Below the pieces are notes generated by a model, which searched no databases, was not told where the DNA came from, and saw only the letters and a list, made by a program, of their open reading frames with translations. From sequence record PV662128.1: 64,000 nucleotides of DNA. One strand, given 5' to 3'. Position numbers and translations under genes: made by a program. Shown piece after piece: positions 28,914 to 38,789 of the stretch (position 1 is the stretch's first letter; each line of letters starts with the position of its first letter).

Positions 28914-30368
28914 ATGAGTACCCCTTTTCAATTTTTACAAAATGTAAAAAGCAGCCCGATGGTTCACATCGGCTTTAATTATAGTCCGCTTTTTGACATG
29001 ATCAATGGCCGATTCTTTAAGGGATACGACGAACAGTATTACCTGAACGGCGGGATCATGGACAACAACGCCACGGTAGGAGGAAGCAACACACAGAAAA
29101 CCGGACAGTTGGTATTCGCCTGCCGTCGTTTCCTGCAACGTTTCCCTATGGGGGTAATCATCTATGTTGACAGCGAGTCCACATTAGATATTGGTCGACT
29201 GGCCGATGCTGTCGATGCCGATTTCGGTGTTCCTGGATACTTCTACGATGAGATCTTCGACAAACGGTTCATCTATAAAACGAGCAAAGATGAATTCGAT
29301 GGTACCGCTTTCCACAATCTCATCAAAGACGCTTACGCTAACTTCAAGGATAACAAAGATAACCCGGACATGTATGTCCAGACTCCATTCCTGGATAAAG
29401 AAAATAAACGGATCAAATGCATTGCACCGATCATGGTTATCTGTGATTCTTTAAGCGATCTTCGTTTCACCGAAGCTTCTGCCAAATTCACCGAAGGTGA
29501 TGTGGATGAAGGTGGTAAGAAACGTACTCGTGATATGGAGTTCGGTAACCTCAAACGCGTCGTCTTTGAAGACTCCAGCAACCTGGGTGGTATCGCCGGG
29601 CTCAGACTATGGTGGGTGGGTCAGATCGCCGACATGATTAACATGGACGGTAAGCCGATGGAGAAACAGTCCACCTTCATTCGTCCGGGTAAGAAGATCG
29701 CTAAGTGCCCTAAAGCGATTCTCCAGTTACCGAGTATCGGCTATGAGATCATTAAGGGCAGTGGGCTGAAAGTCGATCAAGAATGGATGTACCCGAACCC
29801 ATTCGGTCGCGACGTTGTTATTGATGCTGATGCACGGGAAAACCCGGACCTCTTACTTTACAGTTTCACAATGTATCGTAATAAGGGCGGGAGTTCCGGA
29901 CTGCAATGTTCTTTCATTGGTTCTCAGTCAGACGGAATTCAGGAAGGACTGAGTATGTATCACACCATTAAAACCGACGGCTATTTCGGTTTAAGTGTGG
30001 GTAGTAAAGTCAGTCACGCCTGTGACCTCATACCGGACCTTAAGGTTGGTCGAACCACCATTCGTAAGATCGTCAACGAGAACCACCAATTCTACAGGGC
30101 GATTACTATCTGTTACCAGATGTGGTTCATGCAGAACTATTGGATGCGTCTGGATCACAAATACCGCATGACGCCTGCCGAATTATATGCGAAGGTGGCT
30201 GAAGCCGGTTATGACTGGGCGGAGTTATTGGAAAACTCCGTTGATTACTGGCATCTCAACCCGGACATCAAGAAACATACTCTGACCACTATGCAGCTGT
30301 TGGCTGTTGCGTGTGGCGAAGGTTCTATTCCGTGGGCTTCTAATCGTTTATTAAAGCAAGCGGCATAA
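28914..30368 (+). CDS. uvsX: UvsX/RecA-like recombinase (phiKZ gp152-like)
   Basis: Variant P-loop GGSNTQKT, YVDSE, ICDSLS Walker B. Confidence 0.8.
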   Translation: MSTPFQFLQNVKSSPMVHIGFNYSPLFDMINGRFFKGYDEQYYLNGGIMDNNATVGGSNTQKTGQLVFACRRFLQRFPMGVIIYVDSESTLDIGRLADAVDADFGVPGYFYDEIFDKRFIYKTSKDEFDGTAFHNLIKDAYANFKDNKDNPDMYVQTPFLDKENKRIKCIAPIMVICDSLSDLRFTEASAKFTEGDVDEGGKKRTRDMEFGNLKRVVFEDSSNLGGIAGLRLWWVGQIADMINMDGKPMEKQSTFIRPGKKIAKCPKAILQLPSIGYEIIKGSGLKVDQEWMYPNPFGRDVVIDADARENPDLLLYSFTMYRNKGGSSGLQCSFIGSQSDGIQEGLSMYHTIKTDGYFGLSVGSKVSHACDLIPDLKVGRTTIRKIVNENHQFYRAITICYQMWFMQNYWMRLDHKYRMTPAELYAKVAEAGYDWAELLENSVDYWHLNPDIKKHTLTTMQLLAVACGEGSIPWASNRLLKQAA

Positions 30369-30423
30369 TTTGAAGGGGAGGGAGACCTCCCCCTACTTTT
30401 ATTATTTAAGGATTATTAGGGTT

Positions 30424-30792
30424 ATGATTAAACCAGAACTAACCATTTTGATTGTCTCGGATTCTAACTTTAAGAATCTTTGTGATGACCCGACGAGTTA
30501 TGTCGAAAAGCTCTACGGGATCTTAAACAATCGGTATAAGGTTCCTATCAAGATCATTACGGTCAGTGGTCGTTACGGACTCAGCGCAATCGATAGTAAC
30601 ATTGAGACGCTCGATGTTGAGGATCGCAATAAGACGCTGTTCACCCAAACTATCGAGAACCACGCTGCGGTATTTGACGAACTGCAGATCATTTCTTTAA
30701 GTAACATCGTGGATCCCTTTATCGAAGGTGTAGCGGATACCATGAGTGCGTTACAAAAGAACATTACTCGTTATTCGTACAAACGTAAGTAG
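30424..30792 (+). CDS. hypothetical protein
   Basis: Start refined to ATG 30424. Confidence 0.7.
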   Translation: MIKPELTILIVSDSNFKNLCDDPTSYVEKLYGILNNRYKVPIKIITVSGRYGLSAIDSNIETLDVEDRNKTLFTQTIENHAAVFDELQIISLSNIVDPFIEGVADTMSALQKNITRYSYKRK

Positions 30793-30798
30793 GTTAAC

Positions 30799-31473
30799 AT
30801 GGGTAACAGAAAAGCTGCCGAAGACGTTATTTTGGATTTCGTGGGTAAACTCACTAAAGGTGGGTTTAACCTGAAGGTCTATACCGACCTTTTTAAAAAC
30901 ATGAACGACGCTCAGTTTGAACAGTTCATCGATAAGATCGATAAACAAGGCGGTATGCCGCTATGGACATCCAACTGGGATAAGAACGAGCACATCGAAT
31001 ACGACGCCGTCCTCGGCCTCGCCAAAGAATACGGAGTAGAACTCGAGACCCAGCTCATTATCACCGATGAAGATACTGGGGTTGAGCTCATTACCCCAGA
31101 AACGTATTTGGTTGGGATAGCCGAGATCCGTAAACAGCGTCAGATGCTCGTTAAAAAGTTTGGTGCCGCTAAAGACGATACCAGCACCGACGACTTAACG
31201 GGTCAGGTCGTTGGGGATAGCCGAGGAACAGGTATTTCCTCTCCGGAAATTAAGATCCTTATGGCGCTCGGACTCAACACCGTCGCAAAAGAAATCTACG
31301 ATGTCAAAGGCGGTGATGAAAAGGCATTGGAAGTTTATAGAACAGAGCTCATGGAGACTGGATCGACTAACGTCAATAATGCCTTGAAGCGGGGCAGTGG
31401 TGTCAAATCCCTTCAGACCACCCACTATCTGTTTAACGCCAGACACATCGAAAACAATATCGATAAGAGGTAA
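30799..31473 (+). CDS. virion RNA polymerase beta subunit, C-terminal piece (phiKZ gp149-like)
   Basis: TDDLTGQVVG..ISSPEIKILMALG resembles RpoB C-terminal ..TQQP.GG..FGEME..AL region. Confidence 0.8.
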   Translation: MGNRKAAEDVILDFVGKLTKGGFNLKVYTDLFKNMNDAQFEQFIDKIDKQGGMPLWTSNWDKNEHIEYDAVLGLAKEYGVELETQLIITDEDTGVELITPETYLVGIAEIRKQRQMLVKKFGAAKDDTSTDDLTGQVVGDSRGTGISSPEIKILMALGLNTVAKEIYDVKGGDEKALEVYRTELMETGSTNVNNALKRGSGVKSLQTTHYLFNARHIENNIDKR

Positions 31474-31475
31474 CG

Positions 31476-31904
31476 ATGGAACACATCAATCGAGCCGTAG
31501 AGGTCTGGGCTCAAGAATTTGCAACGCTGGCAGAAATCGACGAGCTCAAAGTTCTCCAAGATGCGATCAGTAATGCGATCATTACGAAGAGCATCCTTTC
31601 TTTTGACGAAGGCGTTTCTGAGCTCGAGCAAAGTTTATCCTCCCAGCCGGAGTACTACGATCAAATCCATGGTGTGATCTTCCGGCTATTGGCTGAGGTT
31701 CCTTTGGATAAGCTTAAAGCTGAACTTAACGAGATCGTTACGGAAATGAATGAAACCGGGTATTTCAAACACTTACGCCCCACTCTGGATACGCCGATGG
31801 ATGTTTTCTGTTTCGTTTTAAAGATCTATTACAAACAGATCGTTGCAGAGCTGGGCCGACACATTCAAATCCCTACGAAGAAAACTCGCCCAACCAACGT
31901 GTAA
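31476..31904 (+). CDS. hypothetical protein
   Basis: 142-aa ORF, operon packing. Confidence 0.75.
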   Translation: MEHINRAVEVWAQEFATLAEIDELKVLQDAISNAIITKSILSFDEGVSELEQSLSSQPEYYDQIHGVIFRLLAEVPLDKLKAELNEIVTEMNETGYFKHLRPTLDTPMDVFCFVLKIYYKQIVAELGRHIQIPTKKTRPTNV

Positions 31905-31913
31905 AGGATTCTC

Positions 31914-32612
31914 ATGAACACGCTTAACGTTTACACCGAACTTGATTCACTTTTTGATTCCCGGCGTGCGACTTTGGAATCGCTCCTCCCTAGCAATGAA
32001 ACCTGGGAAGGTGTTTACGCCAAGCAGTATAAAGAACGTAAGCTGGATCTATTCGAACGAAAAGAACTCGGGATAACCCAATCCATTTACGAACAGGCTT
32101 ACAATAATCGAGACCTGTCTTTATTCACCAACATCAAACCGACGCAAGTACTGAGCAAACTCCTGCTGTTGATACTGGATAGTGAACAACTGGTCGGGAA
32201 ACCCATCGCCTTAAACGTCGTCAACATCACCATCAATCTTTATCCCTATGATCTCGACGAAGATTTGGTTAACGAGCTAGAAAAGAATATCAAACAAGCT
32301 TTGGTTTTCAAAAATGAACTCACTTTTGTTTCCAAATCTCCCACCGATCTCGACGCAAGGTATTTCAAAAACTTCGATAATGTTTTTAAATATGACATCT
32401 TGATCGGTAAGGACTCTAAAACGTTCATGGAATCCTTAGCGAGTTGCCCTATTAAAGATACGAAGTTCTTCGTCCCGGATCTTTACGTTAAGCAACCGGA
32501 CAATGGGATTGTTTGTTCTCCTGAAGAACTCGTTGAAAGTTTTAGTGTGGTGCTCGCGCCGGCGCTTACGTTACTTTGCATACGACACAGCGTCTATGAT
32601 TACATGGAATAA
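31914..32612 (+). CDS. conserved hypothetical protein, possible HAD-like fold
   Basis: N-terminal VYTELDSLFDSR resembles HAD motif I. Confidence 0.6.
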   Translation: MNTLNVYTELDSLFDSRRATLESLLPSNETWEGVYAKQYKERKLDLFERKELGITQSIYEQAYNNRDLSLFTNIKPTQVLSKLLLLILDSEQLVGKPIALNVVNITINLYPYDLDEDLVNELEKNIKQALVFKNELTFVSKSPTDLDARYFKNFDNVFKYDILIGKDSKTFMESLASCPIKDTKFFVPDLYVKQPDNGIVCSPEELVESFSVVLAPALTLLCIRHSVYDYME

Positions 32613-32615
32613 CAG

Positions 32616-32638
32616 GAGAGAGGGCATTGCCCTCTCTC
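32616..32638. terminator. bidirectional terminator
   Basis: GAGAGAGGGC-ATT-GCCCTCTCTC between convergent genes. Confidence 0.75.
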
Positions 32639-32645
32639 TCATTTT

Positions 32646-33140
32646 TTATACTGAGGGTTTTACAATTTCACCTTCAAAGTCAACCGATATGGCGCCCATA
32701 TCGAGTTCTTTATCTTTAATCCTGCCGATATCAGCAAGTTGAGAAAGCGGGACGTTAGGATCGAGAAAGGTCGGTTGTCCTGGTGCGAAACTAGGAAGTT
32801 TTAGTTCACCAGTACTTAACGACTGGAGTGCGTCGACCATTTGTTTGAATGAAACTTTATTGTCTTCATTCTCTTTTTTCTTCGCGCGTTCTTTTCTGTC
32901 ATCTCGAACTGATTTTTCCAACTGAGTTAACAAAGAAGAAATCGCTTCCAGTAGTTTAGGATCGCCGGGTTTATTGGAGTAGGCCATAGAGGCAATATCC
33001 AGTATCATACTACGGTGTGACTGCACCGCCTGAATGAGCTGGGTCTGTTCAATATCTTCGTCAGTCGGATGGAGAGCGGCATTGATTGCAGACATCACCT
33101 TTTCTATCCGTATCTGAACGGGTGCTTTTTCGTCCATCAT
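32646..33140 (-). CDS. hypothetical protein
   Basis: 164 aa, coiled-coil-like middle. Confidence 0.75.
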   Translation of the reverse strand: MMDEKAPVQIRIEKVMSAINAALHPTDEDIEQTQLIQAVQSHRSMILDIASMAYSNKPGDPKLLEAISSLLTQLEKSVRDDRKERAKKKENEDNKVSFKQMVDALQSLSTGELKLPSFAPGQPTFLDPNVPLSQLADIGRIKDKELDMGAISVDFEGEIVKPSV

Positions 33141-33210
33141 AATTTTTTAAACCTACATTATTAAAGTAGTGGAATAAATAAAATGTTTTTAGCCCTTAGG
33201 GAACGTTAAC

Positions 33211-33804
33211 ATGCTTAAGAAATTTTTCAACTGGCTGGGGTTTAAAAGCAAATCGATAGGTAAGGCAGATACCCCGTTAGACGTCATAGAACGCATCAGG
33301 GAAGGCTTTCTTCCTAAGAACATGCGAAGCTTAGATAAACCTTTGTCTCTTCTATACGATTTAATTAAGACGCTTCCTGAGCTGGAATACAATGATTATA
33401 AAAAGTTACAGCGTAACACAGTTAAGGTTAGATCGCTGAGTTCGTTAGACATGTTCCATCTTTTAAAATCATCGGTTTTATCCAACCAAGCAGAATATAT
33501 GGATGCTGTGCAACGTTTAAATAGCGTGGGTACTGAAAGGCCCTTTCTTCATTGGTACTCTGGAGAGGAAAGCGCTATCGCACTTAACGAATTGTTTTTA
33601 AAACTTCTACCTAAAATAATCCTTTTCCACCAACTTAACAACCAGAGTACATTTCAACAGAATGAAGATATAACCGGATTTACGAATATCGAGATCCGGT
33701 TCTTTAGTTCTGTTCAGCTAAGGTATATGGTCGAAGACTATATCAGCATGTTGGAAGTGCTACTCTCACATCATTTTGGAGGCTCGGTTGAAGAAGCCCA
33801 TTAA
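33211..33804 (+). CDS. hypothetical protein
   Basis: 197-aa ORF. Confidence 0.75.
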   Translation: MLKKFFNWLGFKSKSIGKADTPLDVIERIREGFLPKNMRSLDKPLSLLYDLIKTLPELEYNDYKKLQRNTVKVRSLSSLDMFHLLKSSVLSNQAEYMDAVQRLNSVGTERPFLHWYSGEESAIALNELFLKLLPKIILFHQLNNQSTFQQNEDITGFTNIEIRFFSSVQLRYMVEDYISMLEVLLSHHFGGSVEEAH

Positions 33805-34204
33805 ACATCCCGTAGAACTTGAAATCTCTAAGCTGTCCAATAACTCATGCGCCGACAGTGATTTAGCTGACGAACCCGCAAGGTTATTCCGTAAGCTTTT
33901 ACGTAAACTCAACATGAATGTTGACAAGCTCTGCTTGCTTATGAACGAGTATGTCAAGTGGACCGTCACTGGCGAAGACGAGGCGGAGATTAAGAAAAGA
34001 CGATCTTACACGATGGGGAATATTAAAGACACTTACTTTAAGAACCCCACGTTAACCTTCAGTAAACTCATCGAGGGATTAAGTATTATCCGGATGAGTA
34101 AAGTGGAGGTCATCCTACGAGTCTATGATAAGAAAGGTAATGTGACCGAGGTCTCAGAAACAGTGAGAATCATCAGTAGCCCCGACGATAAAAAAGACGA
34201 TTAA
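33776..34204 (+). CDS. hypothetical protein
   Basis: 142-aa ORF; start uncertain. Confidence 0.7.
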   Translation: MEARLKKPIKHPVELEISKLSNNSCADSDLADEPARLFRKLLRKLNMNVDKLCLLMNEYVKWTVTGEDEAEIKKRRSYTMGNIKDTYFKNPTLTFSKLIEGLSIIRMSKVEVILRVYDKKGNVTEVSETVRIISSPDDKKDD

Positions 34205-34216
34205 TCTTATAGCCCG

Positions 34217-34244
34217 AATACTCCTACCTTAGGGTAGGAGTATT
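34217..34244. terminator. intergenic stem-loop (CTCCTAC family)
   Basis: AATACTCCTACC-TTAG-GGTAGGAGTATT. Confidence 0.75.
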
Positions 34245-34276
34245 TAACCCTATTATTTATTTTTTAGGATATCGCC

Positions 34277-35395
34277 ATGGATTTAAATCCTAGTAGTATT
34301 TTTGACAACATCGATTTTAATTCTCCCGTATCCGACATCAAAAAAGAAGCGGATACTAAACTCGCCGATTTAAAAGGTAGCGTCCTTAACCCAATCAGTT
34401 CTAGTACCGCAAGGATTAAAGACGGCATCGCCCTATTAAACAACATGGACACTAAGTTTAACCAAGCGGTGACAGGATTTAAATCTGACGTCATGGGTGT
34501 CGCTAACAGTATTATCGGCACCCTTCAAGATGGATACTTCACCATTAATGAATTAGTAAGTATGGTCATAGGTGCTTACACCAGCCTGACTAATCTTGCT
34601 AACATTGGCGACGATCTCAAATCTATACTGGGGACTAACGTCAGCAATATCGACGGGTTCTTAGATCGGTTCAGCAACATCTTCGTCAGTAGCATTAACT
34701 CGAAGGTAAGGGCGAGTGGATATAAATCTAACACAGTTAGTAGTGGTGGAGAATTTCTCACTATCACTCAGAGTAATAACAATCCATCTTCCCAGGCTAT
34801 CATCGCAGCGTTGGGTAAACTGTCCGTAGGTGATCTTCAGGATTCTTACGATAGTTCAGTTTCCACCGCGGTGTACAGCACTCTCTTATCACAAGCCGTT
34901 TCCAGTGGTTTGACTTCCTCCTACGCCGATCTTTATAACAAGATCACTGATAAAACCGAAGCCGATAAAGCAGTCGTCTCAGCAATAGGTAACGCCCTTG
35001 CTAACGGCGATCTAACTTCAATCGTAAATCTCTTAGCGTTGATCACTAACAGCGGGACGAAACTCACTATTGGTTCTACCTACCCTAACGCAGCTGAAAC
35101 ACTGTTAAGCAAATACAAACCTCTGGATTCTCAAGATGTTTCGGATTACCCGGCTATCTCCGAACAGCTGAAAACCATCTTGGTTCTCTTTGGGGGAGTG
35201 AATTGGTGGAAAGTTTACACCTCTTTAGGCTGGGTTCCTAATTTACTTATTGCTTCTAAGCTCTCAAGTAGTGTCAGAGATATTTGGATGGAAGATGCCG
35301 AGCTCTTTGCATTAGTGGCTTGCAAAGGTTTCTTTAAAGAGATGACCGCGCGTAAAGCTTTCTTAACCAACTTTCCACAAACCCCGATAAGTTAA
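34277..35395 (+). CDS. putative virion structural protein
   Basis: 372 aa, S/T/A/N-rich, AGGA RBS. Confidence 0.6.
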   Translation: MDLNPSSIFDNIDFNSPVSDIKKEADTKLADLKGSVLNPISSSTARIKDGIALLNNMDTKFNQAVTGFKSDVMGVANSIIGTLQDGYFTINELVSMVIGAYTSLTNLANIGDDLKSILGTNVSNIDGFLDRFSNIFVSSINSKVRASGYKSNTVSSGGEFLTITQSNNNPSSQAIIAALGKLSVGDLQDSYDSSVSTAVYSTLLSQAVSSGLTSSYADLYNKITDKTEADKAVVSAIGNALANGDLTSIVNLLALITNSGTKLTIGSTYPNAAETLLSKYKPLDSQDVSDYPAISEQLKTILVLFGGVNWWKVYTSLGWVPNLLIASKLSSSVRDIWMEDAELFALVACKGFFKEMTARKAFLTNFPQTPIS

Positions 35396-35430
35396 ATAAC
35401 TACCGTCTCCCAAAGGGAGACGGTAGTTAT
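35396..35430. terminator. bidirectional terminator
   Basis: ATAACTACCGTCTCCC-AAA-GGGAGACGGTAGTTAT between convergent genes. Confidence 0.85.
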
Positions 35431-35444
35431 AATTAGGTTATTTT

Positions 35445-36509
35445 TTATCTTGGAAATTGTTCTGGTTCAATTTTTTTGATGAAGTAGTTTTTATACATTC
35501 CGTTGTTTTTATAAGACCGGTTCATGTTAGCCGAATTAGTTCCGAAATTGGCCAGTTCAATTGTTCCAGTCAGTCGAGTGACACACTTCGTGCGTTTGTG
35601 TGTTAACTCCCAGGTTACCCTATCCGATCTATTTGACTTCCTACCAGTTCTATCATAAGCGTAGTTTCTGATCGCGTTTATCAAATCCTGATCGGGCTCT
35701 TTATAATACTTAGTGTATTCTTCCTTGCTCACTTCCTCCCACTTACATCCTTTGTGAGTTTTAATTTTACCAATCCTTATGGCGTGAAGGTGGCGATTAT
35801 CTAAACCGAATTTCTCACACTGATCTTTACCGCAAACATATATCACCCTTTTCTTAAATCCTGGGATATCAATCACGGTACCTCTCATAGGGATAACGAA
35901 AGGATGTGACAAATGCTTGTGGGAAACAAGGAGATTATTCTCTTTAGCATGTTGCTTGTTTTGGGCGGGGGTAACCCACTCTAATGATTCAGTATCGTTA
36001 CAATGCTTTCCTTTTAAGTGGTTTACTTCAAGTTCGGAATAATCGTAAAGATTAAGTTCTTCTGGTTTTGGTATCCAAGACGAACCCACCATCCTGTGAA
36101 TCATCATTGTGTATCCATTCATCATATACACTTTATAACCGTAATGATTAAGCGTACCCTTGACTAATTTGTATGTTCTTAGATTAAAGACCCTACCTTT
36201 GTTGCTAACCCAAATATAGGAAAATGCTCTTGGGTTTTTCTTATTGATATTAAAGTTTTTCGGGCTATAAGGGAAATAACTTGCCGGCACCCAGTACTCT
36301 GATTCTGGGTCCTCTCGTAATAATTTCGTTAACTTGGTATAATAAGCTTTTTTACGTTCTTCATCCGATAAGAGATTCAATAAGGCATTGGCTCTTTTGC
36401 CCATTGCGTCAATAATGGATTTATATTCTTTAACAAATAATGGGAGGTTTTTCCTAGCGATTTCGTCCCATTCTTCTTCGGTTCTTATTCTCGGAGGTCT
36501 GATTTTCAT
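35445..36509 (-). CDS. free-standing HNH homing endonuclease
   Basis: WVSNKGRV, IHRMVGSSWI, EVNHLKGKHCNDTESLEWVTPAQNKQH; start refined to ATG 36509 after GGAG. Confidence 0.88.
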   Translation of the reverse strand: MKIRPPRIRTEEEWDEIARKNLPLFVKEYKSIIDAMGKRANALLNLLSDEERKKAYYTKLTKLLREDPESEYWVPASYFPYSPKNFNINKKNPRAFSYIWVSNKGRVFNLRTYKLVKGTLNHYGYKVYMMNGYTMMIHRMVGSSWIPKPEELNLYDYSELEVNHLKGKHCNDTESLEWVTPAQNKQHAKENNLLVSHKHLSHPFVIPMRGTVIDIPGFKKRVIYVCGKDQCEKFGLDNRHLHAIRIGKIKTHKGCKWEEVSKEEYTKYYKEPDQDLINAIRNYAYDRTGRKSNRSDRVTWELTHKRTKCVTRLTGTIELANFGTNSANMNRSYKNNGMYKNYFIKKIEPEQFPR

Positions 36510-36514
36510 GGTTA

Positions 36515-36558
36515 CACTACTCCAAATTACATTATCTCTCATATAATAAGGAGTAGTG
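36515..36558 (-). promoter_or_regulatory. RBS-occluding hairpin with TATG late-promoter core in loop
   Basis: Minus strand CACTACTCC..TATTATATG..GGAGTAGTG-taacc-ATG; 9-bp stem covers GGAG. Confidence 0.65.
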
Positions 36559-36596
36559 GTATTTCATTAAAAGGATAAAGCCTTTAATTTCAAGGG

Positions 36597-38777
36597 CTAC
36601 CTAGGAAATTGCTGATTAAAAAGACGTCCAACATCATTTAGGATCGAGTCGTTCACAATACCCGCGATGTTACCTGCAGAAACGGACTGACTTATCGAGT
36701 TCTTAGCCGAGGTTAATCTCCTTGAGAGTTTGTTCCATCTTAAAACGGTATCAAGGTAATCCGACCCGGATAATCTCGTAACGTAGTCCGTGTATTTCCC
36801 GGTATCGACCAACATCCTGTTAACCGCTTCAGCAGGGTTCGTCATATCGAGTAAAGAGACTGCCCTGGAAATGGGAAGCGAGACGTGCTTTTCTAAATCG
36901 ACAAAGGAAATGTCGACGGTGCAATTCAACGGTTTACGGTCTTTCTTCCAACCGCCAACACCTTGACCAAAGGAGATCGTTGCGGAATCGACCATACATG
37001 TTCTCATAATGGCCCGACTCTTAGAAAAGATCTTACACAGGAAGGGGGAGGTGTGAGCTGAAGGACCGGCGCTTAACGGCAGAATGATCGGCATCAATAA
37101 TGATAACGGCACCCAGATATTCATCAGTTGTGAATAAGGGTGAGCGTAAGTTGCCTCAAAATAGAAACGATACGTTTCTTTATGTAAGCTTGCTGACGAT
37201 TCCGCCCAGTGATCCGGAATGTTGATATAAGAGTTGTTCATTAACGCCATGGGAATGTTAGCGATCCCTATAGAGTTAATCCCGCCCATAGCAACTTCTT
37301 TCAGTCCACTAATAACGCCGTCAACAACACCTACGCCTGTCATTCCTCCGGCTAAATCAAAACGAAGATCATTAGCTGCCTTCGACATACTGTTGAATTT
37401 ATCCGCTACAGCGGACTGAGTGGCAGAGTTAGAGAAGTTATCCGTTACCTCACCTAAATGTTCCACTCGCCAGGTGATGGCATCTAGACCACCGTACCAA
37501 GACGTTTTAACGAGATCGGCAACTTGTCCGGCCCACGAAGAGTCAGTGACATTATCCGTAGCAGCAGTTAATCTTGCGGTAACGGAATCCAAACTTTCCG
37601 AAGCAGAAGAAAAGACACCTTGGCCGGATGCAGCCGTGGTCGTCGTCCCGCTTCCGTCGGTATTCATTGACGAGGCGTCTGAGGGTGCGGTAGTCGCCGT
37701 TCCTGTTCCGGTTGTATCCGTAGTGATTGCTTGCGGGAGGATGCTCGTGTAAGCATCTTGGTCGGTAAAGGCCGAAGCTTTCTCAGGATAGTACCCTTCT
37801 TCTTTGGCACGATATTTACCCGTGGTATTCAATTCCTTTTGCATCAGCTCATTGACACCATACTGCTTCCCGGAGAGGGTTTCAGTATTGAACTGGATGT
37901 TTTTGGCGATATCCGCCATGGCGTCGTATTTTTCTTGGGCTGAGTTAATGGTTCGTTCGTTGAGCTTCTCGATTTCGGATAAGAACTTACGATACTTTCT
38001 TGTCCCTAGCGAGACCAGTCGAATAACGTCAATTGTTCCATCGTCATTGATGCAGTCGGGGAATAAAGCGTTTAACCGCGCTATTTCATTATAGTAATTC
38101 CCGGCGTCTTCTGGGTCAACACCGTTGATTGGCGCTCCTGGCGGTTTCTTAATAGCAAGAACGGGTTTGATGAACCCTTGAGCGGTCGCAACGTCGTTTA
38201 AGAAGTTATTAGCTGCAGTCAGGTACATCCCCATGCTAGGCTTCACGTAATAGTACTGATTACGCGGGGTATCCATGAGGAAGTCTAAGAACGTCATCCC
38301 GATACTGATCAGCTGGATGGGCCAGAATGCCAAAGTCCCTAACCCCTGACCGAAATAAAACGCCAGGCTGGGGCTACGACCTTTATTAGCCTGAATAGCC
38401 GCTACTGGGTCGAACATGCGTTCTAAGAAAGTCAGTATCCCTGTGAATTCTGGAACACCAACAGTGATGGTAAGAAGAGACGCATTATCGTCATAGATCT
38501 TCTTATACTGTGTTCCCATCCCGCCGTATGAGGAAGACAAAAATTGGGAATAACGGGGGTCTGTTGCCGGCCCAAATTGAGGGACTGGGTTGATGTACCG
38601 GTTATCCCCAATCGCACTACTGAAAAAGTTGTAATAAAGGTCTTTGTTAAGGTGATCTCGGATAGTGACGTTATCTATCCCAGTGCACATTAATTTGAAA
38701 GACTTAGCGATGAGATTTCTATCTCGTAAAGATATGCTGTTAGCCACGCCGTGTCTCCTGATTGGTGGGGCTTTCAC
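36597..38777 (-). CDS. virion structural protein (phiKZ gp182-like)
   Basis: 726 aa adjacent to the giant tail protein; synteny. Confidence 0.6.
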   Translation of the reverse strand: MKAPPIRRHGVANSISLRDRNLIAKSFKLMCTGIDNVTIRDHLNKDLYYNFFSSAIGDNRYINPVPQFGPATDPRYSQFLSSSYGGMGTQYKKIYDDNASLLTITVGVPEFTGILTFLERMFDPVAAIQANKGRSPSLAFYFGQGLGTLAFWPIQLISIGMTFLDFLMDTPRNQYYYVKPSMGMYLTAANNFLNDVATAQGFIKPVLAIKKPPGAPINGVDPEDAGNYYNEIARLNALFPDCINDDGTIDVIRLVSLGTRKYRKFLSEIEKLNERTINSAQEKYDAMADIAKNIQFNTETLSGKQYGVNELMQKELNTTGKYRAKEEGYYPEKASAFTDQDAYTSILPQAITTDTTGTGTATTAPSDASSMNTDGSGTTTTAASGQGVFSSASESLDSVTARLTAATDNVTDSSWAGQVADLVKTSWYGGLDAITWRVEHLGEVTDNFSNSATQSAVADKFNSMSKAANDLRFDLAGGMTGVGVVDGVISGLKEVAMGGINSIGIANIPMALMNNSYINIPDHWAESSASLHKETYRFYFEATYAHPYSQLMNIWVPLSLLMPIILPLSAGPSAHTSPFLCKIFSKSRAIMRTCMVDSATISFGQGVGGWKKDRKPLNCTVDISFVDLEKHVSLPISRAVSLLDMTNPAEAVNRMLVDTGKYTDYVTRLSGSDYLDTVLRWNKLSRRLTSAKNSISQSVSAGNIAGIVNDSILNDVGRLFNQQFPR

Positions 38778-38789
38778 CCCACCGTATGG

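Noticed and set aside
35445-36542. This HNH as intron-encoded, and ATG 36542 as its start
   Set aside because: No intron core nearby and flanking genes end normally; ATG 36542 is the TATG in the hairpin loop, while the GGAG RBS points to ATG 36509
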